Source of the DNA: Actinomycetota bacterium
Lineage (GTDB): Bacteria; Actinomycetota; Actinomycetes; S36-B12; UBA5976
Length of the DNA: 64,000 nucleotides
NCBI GenBank assembly: GCA_947452765.1
Contig: CANGDR010000004.1
Coordinates: 1,225 to 65,224 of the forward strand
Direction: 5' to 3'
The notes beneath the pieces are model-generated. The model searched no databases. It was not told the DNA's origin and was given only the letters and a program-made list of their open reading frames with translations. Position numbers and translations under genes: made by a program. Of this stretch, positions 21,528 through 30,403 are shown piece after piece. Numbering within the stretch: the first letter of the stretch is position 1; each line of letters begins with the position of its first letter.

Positions 21528-22312
21528 TGAGACTGAGCAAAATTGGCTATCCCCTTTCGATGCTTGCTGCACTTTTGACGATATTGCTCAACATAATTTG
21601 GACCCTCGTTTCTGGGTCTAGTCGTGATTTTGTGACGATTGCCGGAGTTTTGATGTTCGCCCTTGCTTCGACATTGCATGCCTACACCAGATTTGGATCG
21701 CAGTTTGCAATTAGATTGCTCGCTACTGTGCTGCCACTTACTTTGGCGATCGAAATCCTCGGAGTATCAACAGGATTTCCATTTGGCGAATACAAATACG
21801 ATATGTTGCGCCTAGGTCCTACAGCAGCGGGCGTTCCATTCTTGATTCCATTCGCCTGGATGATGATGATTTATCCAGCTTCATTAGTCGCGCGAGAATT
21901 TAAGCAAAGGCCACTGCTAACTGTTTTTATTGGTGGATTACTTATGGCCACTTGGGATCTATTTCTAGATCCACAAATGGTCAACGAAGGATACTGGACC
22001 TGGTTTAGCGCCGGCAGTCCGGTAAGTGAAATCCCAATTAGTAATTTTCTGGGCTGGTTTACTGCGGCCAGTTTCGTATTGTGGCTTACCTCAAAAACTA
22101 TTCCGGAAAACTTATGGCTCAGCAAACAACCTAGCTCTTACGTTGCGCAAGCCCCCTATGTGTCGATCATGTGGGTTTGGCTAGGTAGCTTCTTGGCAAA
22201 TATCGTTCCAATTAGTCCGTTCTTAGCTCAGCCACTCGTTGCGATTCAAGGTTTTGTGGGGATGGGATTCGTTCTTATCCCGTGGTCGAGGCAACGATGG
22301 TCAGCTCGCTAA
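21527..22312 (+). CDS. cruF: carotenoid biosynthesis membrane protein of the CruF family (carotenoid 1,2-hydratase type)
   Basis: 261 aa from ATG 21527 (TAATG overlap with the upstream gene). Polytopic membrane protein with GFPFGEYKY and DLFLDPQMV..GYWTW blocks characteristic of the Caroten_synth/CruF family. Confidence 0.75.
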   Translation: MRLSKIGYPLSMLAALLTILLNIIWTLVSGSSRDFVTIAGVLMFALASTLHAYTRFGSQFAIRLLATVLPLTLAIEILGVSTGFPFGEYKYDMLRLGPTAAGVPFLIPFAWMMMIYPASLVAREFKQRPLLTVFIGGLLMATWDLFLDPQMVNEGYWTWFSAGSPVSEIPISNFLGWFTAASFVLWLTSKTIPENLWLSKQPSSYVAQAPYVSIMWVWLGSFLANIVPISPFLAQPLVAIQGFVGMGFVLIPWSRQRWSAR

Positions 22313-23397
22313 TTCTAATTGCCACAGTAATAACTTGGCTGCTCACATTACATTCAATACTGAACCAGAGATTCTTAATTTCGGAGCCACCTGAAGTAGT
22401 TTCTGATTCGATAGCGATTCTGATACCTGCACGGAACGAAGAATTAGTCATCGGTGGCGCGGTCAGTGCTGCGCTAGGTCAAGGATTGCTAACAAATTTT
22501 CGCGTCTATGTACTTGACGACGACTCCACCGATGGCACTGCGCATGAATTAACGCATATATCGAGTGCGAACTTAACGGTTATTTCTAGCAAGGTTGAGC
22601 CGCCAAGTGGTTGGCTTGGTAAGCCGTTTGCCTGTCACAGATTGGCACAAAGTGCCGATGCAAAATATTTAGTTTTCCTTGATTCAGATGTGACCCTTGG
22701 CCCCTCTGCGATCGCAAGTGCAATCAAGGCTATGCAGAAATACGATCTGAAGCTGGTCAGTCCCTATCCCAAGCAAATTGCTAACGGTTTACTTAATCGT
22801 TTTATCCAACCGCTTTTGCAATGGTCATGGCTCACCACGGTGCCACTAAGCTTTGCGCGACGATCGAAGCGCCCTAGTTTGGCAGTTGCTAACGGACAGT
22901 TCTTAATTTGTGATGCGGCTGCATATAGATCTGTTGGAGGACACGAGGCGATTAAAAGTGAAGTGTTCGATGACATTGAACTATTGCGCCTATTCCTGCG
23001 GGCTGGGTTGGCAGGCACAGTGATTGACGGCACTGAACTGGCAACTTGTCACATGTATCGAACTAATCAGGAATTGGTATCTGGTTACGCCAAAAGTCTC
23101 TGGCAAGCATTCGGGGGCTGGATGGGCTCGGTGGCAACCCTAGGTTTTCTTAGTTTTGTTTACATTTTTCCGTTGATCGGCTTCAGCACTGGCCAGATCA
23201 GATTGGCTACATTCGCCTACTTAGGTGGCGTTATCGGCCGAGCATTCTGTGCCCAAAAAACAAAAAGTCGGATACTTCCCGATGCGCTGGGACATCCGAT
23301 TTCAGTTGCGTTATTTGTATGGCTAAATGTCGTCTCGTGGCAACGGCACTTGCGAGGAACAATCACCTGGAAAGACCGCAACATAAACGTGTCCTAA
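22297..23397 (+). CDS. family 2 glycosyltransferase of the carotenoid CrtQ/CruC type
   Basis: N-terminal TM helix, then ILIPARNEE, VLDDDSTDGT, GWLGKPFAC and FLDSDV (DxD), with C-terminal TM helices ending in TWKDR. This is the same architecture as staphyloxanthin CrtQ. ATG 22297 has GAGG 5 nt upstream; GTG 22282 is the alternative start. Confidence 0.75.
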   Translation: MVSSLILIATVITWLLTLHSILNQRFLISEPPEVVSDSIAILIPARNEELVIGGAVSAALGQGLLTNFRVYVLDDDSTDGTAHELTHISSANLTVISSKVEPPSGWLGKPFACHRLAQSADAKYLVFLDSDVTLGPSAIASAIKAMQKYDLKLVSPYPKQIANGLLNRFIQPLLQWSWLTTVPLSFARRSKRPSLAVANGQFLICDAAAYRSVGGHEAIKSEVFDDIELLRLFLRAGLAGTVIDGTELATCHMYRTNQELVSGYAKSLWQAFGGWMGSVATLGFLSFVYIFPLIGFSTGQIRLATFAYLGGVIGRAFCAQKTKSRILPDALGHPISVALFVWLNVVSWQRHLRGTITWKDRNINVS

Positions 23398-23406
23398 GGT
23401 GAAGTT

Positions 23407-24900
23407 GTGGCAAAAGTATTGGTTATCGGGTCAGGCATGGGTGGCATGGCATGTGCCGCTCGATTAGCTAGCAAGGGTCATCGCGTTACTGTCGTTGAAC
23501 AGAGCGACACCTGGGGCGGGAAACTTGGCTTAGTACGCCACGGCGAACATGTCTTTGATACGGGACCAAGTTTGTTCACTCTGCCAGCTGTGTATCGCGA
23601 TCTATTTTTAAAAACAGGCGCACCGCTAGAAGATTCAATCGAGATGGTCGACCTAGAAACCGCATTCAGGTATCAATTTTCGGATGGCACGGTTCTGAAA
23701 ATGCCTGGGGTAGGTATTGGTAAGTGTGCCGACGCGATTGGCGATTGCCTGGGTGGAGATAGTGCCGATCAATGGCGCTCATTTATGAAGCGCGCAGCTG
23801 ACGTATGGGCAGTAACGCGAAAGCCATTCCTGGAATCAGAACTAAACGGTATGAAAAGTTTGTTGTCGATGGCTTGGCGGGTTAACGATATAAAAACAAT
23901 TGCACCATTTGCGACGTTACGAGAAATTACTGAAAAATATATTTCTGATCCGCGTTTAATAACTCTGGTTGATCGTTACGCAACTTACACCGGCTCAGAT
24001 CCACGCAAAGCTCCCGCAGCTCTTGCCACGGTTCCCTATATTGAACAAATGTTCGGCGCGTACCACATATCCGGTGGCGTACGTGAACTTGGTCGTGCGC
24101 TATTTGAACGTTGTGAAAAATTAGGTATTGAATTTAGGTTCAACACGTCGATAGAAAATATTTCAGCGACAAGTCGAGTCCACGGTGCGACAAGCTCAAA
24201 TGGTGAATTTTTCGCAGCTGACATCGTTGTAGCAAATGCTGACGCAGCAAATGTCTACGAGCATTTGTTGCCAAAATCTTCAGCAACAAAATCGGCTCGC
24301 AATTCACTTGCCAAATCAACTCCATCGCTTTCAGGATTTGTTTTGCTGTTTGCGCTTTCGGGAACTACACCTGGGCTCGAACACCACAATGTTTACTTCC
24401 CTGCTGACTACGAGAACGAATTTGATTCAGTATTTGGTTTTGCTGGACCTAAAAGGCCCGTTCAAGATCCAACCGTTTATATCTGCGCTCCCAAAGATTC
24501 AAAAATGTCGCCGACAGGTACCGAATCTTGGTTTACGCTCATCAATGCTCCCCGTCACGAACCTGATTCTGGTGTTGACTGGAATGATTCGACCCTGATT
24601 TCAAGTTACCGCAACCATGTCATCGGGACACTTGGTAGGCGAGGATTGAATTTTGAAGAACGAATCAGTTGGGAGCAAGTAATCACTCCAGCCGACCTTG
24701 AGACTCGCACCTACGCTCCAGGTGGATCTATCTACGGAACGTCCAGCAACGGCGTGCGTTCGGCGTTTCTCCGGCCACAAAACGTGACCGCAATTGAAAA
24801 CTTGTATCTGGTCGGCGGATCTTCACATCCGGGTGGCGGACTTCCGCTAGTTGGAATGTCGGCTGAGATCGTGGCTAACCACATTGGAAGGGCTAGTTAG
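23407..24900 (+). CDS. phytoene-desaturase-family FAD oxidoreductase, CrtD-like (carotenoid 3,4-desaturase by context)
   Basis: 497 aa. Rossmann motif VIGSGMGGMACAARLASKGHRVTVVEQSDTWGGK; C-terminal LYLVGGSSHPGGGLP. It is the second CrtI-family gene in the window. The specific reaction is inferred from neighbours only. Confidence 0.75.
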   Translation: MAKVLVIGSGMGGMACAARLASKGHRVTVVEQSDTWGGKLGLVRHGEHVFDTGPSLFTLPAVYRDLFLKTGAPLEDSIEMVDLETAFRYQFSDGTVLKMPGVGIGKCADAIGDCLGGDSADQWRSFMKRAADVWAVTRKPFLESELNGMKSLLSMAWRVNDIKTIAPFATLREITEKYISDPRLITLVDRYATYTGSDPRKAPAALATVPYIEQMFGAYHISGGVRELGRALFERCEKLGIEFRFNTSIENISATSRVHGATSSNGEFFAADIVVANADAANVYEHLLPKSSATKSARNSLAKSTPSLSGFVLLFALSGTTPGLEHHNVYFPADYENEFDSVFGFAGPKRPVQDPTVYICAPKDSKMSPTGTESWFTLINAPRHEPDSGVDWNDSTLISSYRNHVIGTLGRRGLNFEERISWEQVITPADLETRTYAPGGSIYGTSSNGVRSAFLRPQNVTAIENLYLVGGSSHPGGGLPLVGMSAEIVANHIGRAS

Positions 24901-25537
24901 CGCGCAAAACTTTTCTGAAGTGCCAGAAAAGTTGCCCGACACCGATAACTCCAACTACTAGCCAAGCCAAGCCTGCCAAAGTCGTCCACACGTCTGAATC
25001 GAATGGTGAAATAGCGGCCAGCAACATGCCAACGAAACCCAAAATTACTCGAACTGGTTTTTCGGCAACACTTATCAGGCCAACTTCCAAGTAGCCAACA
25101 CCTTGAGCGCGGGCTCGCATATATTCGTGAACCAAGGCAACGGTGACGGCAAGTGCAATGACCAAGGCATTCGCACCAGCTGCAATTAGCACTACTCCGA
25201 TCAAAACGTCGGTTACGCGATCTGCCATTGCGTCAAGGTAAGCGCCCCACTGGGTAACTCGGTTAGTCCGAACTGCAACTATGCCATCAATGTTGTCCAG
25301 TAATCCCACCAACAAAATGGCGGCAGCGCCAGCTAGGTACCACTTCGAACTTGTCGCAACCCCTGCTACGACAACCAAGAGGATCAATATGGGAGTTGCT
25401 GTGATTGCATTTGGAGTTAACCGCAGGAATGGCGTAGACACCCAGAATGCTAATTTTAGCCAAGTCCGAACAAGCCAGCTCGGTTGCGCGCCGCCGTGTA
25501 GCACCTGCCACTGCGCTAAGTAGGACTCAAATGTCAT
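24893..25537 (-). CDS. CDP-alcohol phosphatidyltransferase family protein
   Basis: 214 aa membrane protein. DNIDGIVAVRTNRVTQWGAYLDAMAD fits D-G-x2-A-R-x8-G-x3-D-x3-D, except that the conserved Arg is displaced or replaced. Confidence 0.8.
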   Translation of the reverse strand: MTFESYLAQWQVLHGGAQPSWLVRTWLKLAFWVSTPFLRLTPNAITATPILILLVVVAGVATSSKWYLAGAAAILLVGLLDNIDGIVAVRTNRVTQWGAYLDAMADRVTDVLIGVVLIAAGANALVIALAVTVALVHEYMRARAQGVGYLEVGLISVAEKPVRVILGFVGMLLAAISPFDSDVWTTLAGLAWLVVGVIGVGQLFWHFRKVLRAN

Positions 25538-25628
25538 ATTCCGATTCTCCCGTATCGATGGTCATAACTAAGGCAATCAGGCGCTGGCTGAAGTGCGATC
25601 AGCCATGTGACCCAATACTCTGGATGAC

Positions 25629-26696
25629 GTGAAACAAAATCCACTAGACACTATGGACTTGCGAAATCGAGTTGCCACAGTTCTGACGACCTTTGTTTCC
25701 AGTCATAGGCTGGATATGGAGCAAATTTCAGTGGATACCCTGCCGTTGGTGGATTCCTTGGCTGAGTTACTTGAAGGTGGAAAGCGACTTCGCCCTGCCT
25801 TTGCATATTGGGGCTATCGCGCAGCAGGTGGGAGCGATACTTCGGAAGTAGTTTCGGCGTGCGCCAGTCTCGAATTTCTTCAGGCTTGCGCATTGATACA
25901 CGACGACGTGATGGACGCCAGCGACACTCGGCGTGGAAAGCCCGCCGCTCACAAACAGTTTGAGAATTTACACGTACGAAATCAATGGTCTGGATCTAGC
26001 GTTGACTTTGGAATTGGTTCGGCCATCCTGATTGGTGACCTAGCGCTTTCTTGGGCGGATGAACTTCTGTTAACTAGCGGCCTAGACAACGAGCAAATTG
26101 CGAGGGCAAAAAAGATTTACGACGAAATGCGTACCGAACTAATGGCAGGTCAGTACTTAGATTTGCTTGAACAAGTACGCGGAAACATAACGGTAGAACG
26201 GGCAGCAACCGTAATTAAATATAAAAGTGCCAAGTACACGATTGAGCGACCATTGTTAATGGGGGCTGCGATTGCTGGATCTTCAGAAAGTATTTCCAAA
26301 GCACTGAGTGATTATGGCTTGGCCCTTGGCGAAGCCTTCCAACTTCGCGATGATGTCCTTGGAGTATTTGGCGATCAGGCTACTACTGGGAAACCTGCGG
26401 GTGACGATCTGCGCGAAGGCAAGCAAACTATGTTGGTTGCCCATGCATTCAGCTTGGCAACCACTCCACAATTAGCGCTGTTAAATTCCAGTCTTGGTGA
26501 TGCTGAACTATCAGCTGAATCGATCGAACAATTACAGCAGATGTTGATCACATGTGGATCTCTTGACCTAGTTGAAAAACAGATTTCAGAGAAAACAATG
26601 GCTGCAACAAATGCAATAGAAGTAATTGATATTCCAGATGAGGCGCGTTTTGCTTTGCACGAACTTGCAATTATGGCTACGAGAAGGGCTTCATAA
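25629..26696 (+). CDS. crtE: polyprenyl (geranylgeranyl) diphosphate synthase
   Basis: 355 aa. First and second Asp-rich motifs LIHDDVMDASD and FQLRDDVLG. Positional equivalent of idsA2 (Rv2173). Confidence 0.9.
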   Translation: MKQNPLDTMDLRNRVATVLTTFVSSHRLDMEQISVDTLPLVDSLAELLEGGKRLRPAFAYWGYRAAGGSDTSEVVSACASLEFLQACALIHDDVMDASDTRRGKPAAHKQFENLHVRNQWSGSSVDFGIGSAILIGDLALSWADELLLTSGLDNEQIARAKKIYDEMRTELMAGQYLDLLEQVRGNITVERAATVIKYKSAKYTIERPLLMGAAIAGSSESISKALSDYGLALGEAFQLRDDVLGVFGDQATTGKPAGDDLREGKQTMLVAHAFSLATTPQLALLNSSLGDAELSAESIEQLQQMLITCGSLDLVEKQISEKTMAATNAIEVIDIPDEARFALHELAIMATRRAS

Positions 26697-26709
26697 CTTG
26701 TCTAGCATC

Positions 26710-28230
26710 ATGCGCTGGTTACCAGGCACGCAACGAACTGTTTCGGGAAAGACGGACGATGTGGTTATCGTCGGTGCCGGCCTAGCAGGACTTTCTGCTG
26801 CCATGCGCCTTGCCGGTGCTGGACGCAAAGTAACAGTGGTTGAACGCGAGAGTATTCCCGGTGGACGAGCCGGCCGCATTAGCGATCGTGGATTTGAATT
26901 CGATACCGGACCAACAGTTCTGACAATGCCTGACCTAATCGCTGATGCATTCGATTGTCTCGGTGAAGACATGACCCAGTGGCTCACATTGGATCCTGTC
27001 GCTCCGCTTTATCGTGCTTTCTATCACGATGAGAGCGTGCTAAACGTGCATGCTGATACAAATCAAATGGCTCAAGAAATAGAAAGTGTCATTGGACCTG
27101 GAGAAGCCGCGGGCTACTTAAAGTACGTCGATTTTGTTACCGATTTATATAAGTACGAAATGAAAAGTTTTATCGATCGCAATATTGATTCCCCACTTGA
27201 TCTAATTTCTACTGATTTATTAAAGCTAATTAAATTAGGTGGATTTCGAAAATTAGCGCCTAAAGTGAGTGAGTACTTAAAGGATCCGCGCACTCAGCGA
27301 ATTTACTCATTCCAGTCCATGTATGCCGGGCTTTCACCTTATGACGCGCTAGCAATTTATGCCGTCATCGCGTACATGGATTCAGTTGCAGGAGTTTTTG
27401 CGCCAAAAGGTGGGATGCATGCGCTACCGCAGGCTATGGCATCCGCAGCTGCAAAGCACGGAGTCAAATTCCAATACAACACTGAAGTAACAAAGGTCCG
27501 CATGTCAGGCTCACGTGCAACTGGAGTGGAAACTAGTTCTGGAGAATTCATACCAGCTGACGTAGTTGTGCTTAATCCAGATCTACCCGTCGCCTATCGC
27601 GACCTTCTTGGAGTTCAACCTTGGAGTGTCAAGCGACTTAAGTATTCGCCATCTTGCTATTTAATGCTTGCTGGCTCCTCGATTAAGTACGACCATATCG
27701 CTCATCACAACATTCATTTTGGTGAAAGTTGGTCCGGTGTATTTGATGAACTAATAGATCAAAAAGTACTTATGACAGATCCAAGTGTTTTAGTCACTAA
27801 TCCCACTTTTAGTGATCCAAGTTTGGCTCCGAATGGTAAGCAGGTTTATTACGTACTCTTCCCAACACCAAATCTTGACGCCGATATCGACTGGAAGCTA
27901 ACTGGACCAAGGTATCGCGAGCAAGTAATTTCCACACTCGAAGCCAGGGGCTATACGGGCTTTGGGGATGCCATTGAAGTTGAGCACATAACTACGCCGC
28001 AAGATTGGGCAGATCGGGGCATGGAGCGAGGTGCCCCGTTTGCAGCTGCTCATTCATTTCTGCAGACCGGACCATTCCGGCCCGGCAATATGTATGGGGA
28101 CAACGTTATTTTCACTGGATCCGGAACTCAACCGGGCGTTGGCGTTCCTATGGTTTTAGTTTCTGGGCGACTGGCTGCCGAGAGAATAACTGGACCAGAT
28201 AAAAATTACCGCTCACGCGCCCAGCGCTAA
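26710..28230 (+). CDS. crtI: phytoene desaturase
   Basis: About 506 aa from ATG 26710; the ORF-track start at 26626 would overlap crtE. DVVIVGAGLAGLSAAMRLAGAGRKVTVVERESIPGGRAG at the N-terminus and IFTGSGTQPGVGVPMV at the C-terminus. Confidence 0.88.
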   Translation: MRWLPGTQRTVSGKTDDVVIVGAGLAGLSAAMRLAGAGRKVTVVERESIPGGRAGRISDRGFEFDTGPTVLTMPDLIADAFDCLGEDMTQWLTLDPVAPLYRAFYHDESVLNVHADTNQMAQEIESVIGPGEAAGYLKYVDFVTDLYKYEMKSFIDRNIDSPLDLISTDLLKLIKLGGFRKLAPKVSEYLKDPRTQRIYSFQSMYAGLSPYDALAIYAVIAYMDSVAGVFAPKGGMHALPQAMASAAAKHGVKFQYNTEVTKVRMSGSRATGVETSSGEFIPADVVVLNPDLPVAYRDLLGVQPWSVKRLKYSPSCYLMLAGSSIKYDHIAHHNIHFGESWSGVFDELIDQKVLMTDPSVLVTNPTFSDPSLAPNGKQVYYVLFPTPNLDADIDWKLTGPRYREQVISTLEARGYTGFGDAIEVEHITTPQDWADRGMERGAPFAAAHSFLQTGPFRPGNMYGDNVIFTGSGTQPGVGVPMVLVSGRLAAERITGPDKNYRSRAQR

Positions 28231-28277
28231 TAGCGCCTTATTTTAAACTTGCCATTCTGACAAGTACTGTAAAAGGT

Positions 28278-29834
28278 ATGCAGACCAAAATCGCTGGAGC
28301 AAGCTACCGAAATTGGTTTACTACCGACTTTGGCTGGTTTGGTCAGTATGCGCTTCCAGGATTCGTGGGCTCGCTACTCATGACGGTCGGTGCGCTAGGC
28401 GTGGGCTGGTTTCCCCTCTCCATTAATATTCTGCAATGGAACGTAATTGAATTCCTACAAACTCAAACTTTTGGACTTGCACTAACTAGATCTTTCGTTG
28501 TCGTCGGTGCTGCGCTTCTACTGCAAGCCTGGTTAGTAGTTGGCGTGGACGCATTGCACGAGAAAATATCTGAAACTGGCACCTTGCTGGTAACTTTTTT
28601 TGTTTGGTGCCTGCCAATACTTTTTGCTCCGCCATTATTTAGCCGCGATGTCTATTCGTATTACATGCAAGGACGGATGCAGCTTGCTGGGTTCAACCCA
28701 TACAACTCCGGAGTTGCTGTGCTCGACGGATGGTTCAAGAGCGGCGTTGATCCGCTCTGGGGCGACTCGCCTACCCCGTATGGACCCGCATTCTTACTAA
28801 TTGAACGAATCGTTGCCTACCTATCGGGCGAATCAGCAATGTTAGCCGCCTACTTATTTCGCTTTGCTTCGCTAGGTGGCGTAATTCTGATGTGTTATTA
28901 CATTCCGAAGCTAGCTCGCCAGCATGGCGTTAATCCAGTCACTGCACTATGGCTTGGCGTGATGAATCCACTCGTCATTATGCACTTCATAGCAGGCGCA
29001 CATAATGATGCCTTGATGGTCGGCTTACTTTGCATGGCACTTTCTCTTTCGATTGATCGCAAGTTTTTGTTTGCCATTTTGATTGCCACTTTTGCACTTG
29101 CTATTAAGCCAGTGGCTATTGTTGCATTGCCGTTTATTGCTCTCACTGCGGCCGGAGCTGGGGCTAGTTGGAAAGTTAGAATTCGGTTTGGTGCAATTGC
29201 GGCAACAAGCTCTTTCCTAACCCTTTTTGCGCTTTCCTTTGTCGCTGGCACAGGTCCATTCGGCTGGCTGGCTTCGCTGTCTACGCCTGGAACTGTAAAG
29301 AGTTGGATTTCACCAACTACTGCTGCGGGAATGATTATCGGCGGCCCAATTCGCTTCCTTGGATTTGGAAACCATGTTGATACTGCCATTGCTATCACTC
29401 GCGCGATTGGTTCAGTCGTCCTGCTCATTGTTCTTATCTACTTGATTGCTAAACCTGAAGGCAGAAGTGGTGCACGTGGAACTGCACTTTCGTTAGCCGC
29501 CTTAGTAATTCTCGGTCCGGTTGTCCAGCCGTGGTACCTCCTTTGGTCAATTCCGTTACTAGCTGCAACTGGCTTAACACATCGCCAGGTACGCATCCTG
29601 GTGCTATTGCTGGCTGCGTTTACTGTGCATGCAATAGCTAATTCAAGTGCGACTGCCGACACATTTCTTGAGTTAAGCGATGGCATAGCAATGCTGCTAG
29701 CTGCAGTCACACTTGGCTTTGCGGTAATCGCGTCACCTTCGGAACGAAAGTTAATTTTGGGTGACGAATATGAAATCGACATGCTTCCTAGGTCGCTAGA
29801 CGAACAAGCTAGCGCCGACGCAGTTCAGCTCTAG
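28278..29834 (+). CDS. polyprenol-phosphate-mannose-dependent alpha-(1-6)-mannosyltransferase, MptA/MptB family (GT-C)
   Basis: 518 aa polytopic protein. FSRDVYSYYMQGR...NPY and DSPTPYGPAFLL blocks are typical of MptA/MptB. Positional equivalent of Rv2174. Confidence 0.75.
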   Translation: MQTKIAGASYRNWFTTDFGWFGQYALPGFVGSLLMTVGALGVGWFPLSINILQWNVIEFLQTQTFGLALTRSFVVVGAALLLQAWLVVGVDALHEKISETGTLLVTFFVWCLPILFAPPLFSRDVYSYYMQGRMQLAGFNPYNSGVAVLDGWFKSGVDPLWGDSPTPYGPAFLLIERIVAYLSGESAMLAAYLFRFASLGGVILMCYYIPKLARQHGVNPVTALWLGVMNPLVIMHFIAGAHNDALMVGLLCMALSLSIDRKFLFAILIATFALAIKPVAIVALPFIALTAAGAGASWKVRIRFGAIAATSSFLTLFALSFVAGTGPFGWLASLSTPGTVKSWISPTTAAGMIIGGPIRFLGFGNHVDTAIAITRAIGSVVLLIVLIYLIAKPEGRSGARGTALSLAALVILGPVVQPWYLLWSIPLLAATGLTHRQVRILVLLLAAFTVHAIANSSATADTFLELSDGIAMLLAAVTLGFAVIASPSERKLILGDEYEIDMLPRSLDEQASADAVQL

Positions 29835-29837
29835 CGG

Positions 29838-30281
29838 TTAGGCCAAAGCTAATTCGGAAAGGCCCGGATAACTTCCGCTTGGATCTGAAACAATAACCAC
29901 TATTCGAGAGTTCATCGCACCTAGTTCGAGCGCATCAGCTAACTCAGACGCAGCCGATGGATCCTTTTTTACAAATTCCTGCCAGCCTGAAATCCCAATT
30001 ACAGCGTGGGATTGCGCATCACAAATATCTGGCATCAGCGTGGAGAGTTTTCCTACTGCGCCATCAAAATAACTTGGAAACTGTAAACATCGACCAAACT
30101 CCGAAGTTACTTCTTCTGCCTTGGAAAAGCCGTGCAAGTCAACCCAGTAATTCTTCCAGCCAGCAATTGCCGCCTCTTGCGCTAGTAAATCTTGAGTTAA
30201 AGTAATTTTCCAGCGTAAGACTCCGGACAATCGATCACTCTTTAACATTGCGGCCAAAAGTCCAGAATTAGGGCGAACCAC
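29838..30281 (-). CDS. barstar-like (ribonuclease inhibitor family) protein, orphan
   Basis: 147 aa with a GTG start. VDLHGFSKAEEVTSEFGRCLQFPSYFDGAVGKLSTLMPDI...VIGISGWQEF parallels the barstar layout (L.FP.YFG.N.DAL.D.L followed by a W..F block). No RNase gene is adjacent. Confidence 0.5.
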   Translation of the reverse strand: MVRPNSGLLAAMLKSDRLSGVLRWKITLTQDLLAQEAAIAGWKNYWVDLHGFSKAEEVTSEFGRCLQFPSYFDGAVGKLSTLMPDICDAQSHAVIGISGWQEFVKKDPSAASELADALELGAMNSRIVVIVSDPSGSYPGLSELALA

Positions 30282-30403
30282 GAAACACCTTTCGAGTTGA
30301 GTTGCTAGTGATTCTCACTTTACGCGGTGTGCAAGTAGTTATCGAATCTGCGATCGCCCTCCCGCCCGTGCAGGCTACGGCCAAGTTGCATAGGGTTACT
30401 TTT

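Noticed and set aside
25586-25604. Inverted repeat GGCTGA-N7-TCAGCC upstream of crtE as a light- or B12-dependent (LitR/CarH-type) operator
   Set aside because: A 6-bp stem is within chance expectation. No MerR/LitR-type regulator gene is in the window, and no similar site was seen upstream of crtB or crtYc.
28898-29428. 176-aa minus-strand ORF, together with 29438-29782
   Set aside because: It is antisense to the polytopic MptA-like gene, whose hydrophobic codons generate open reverse frames.
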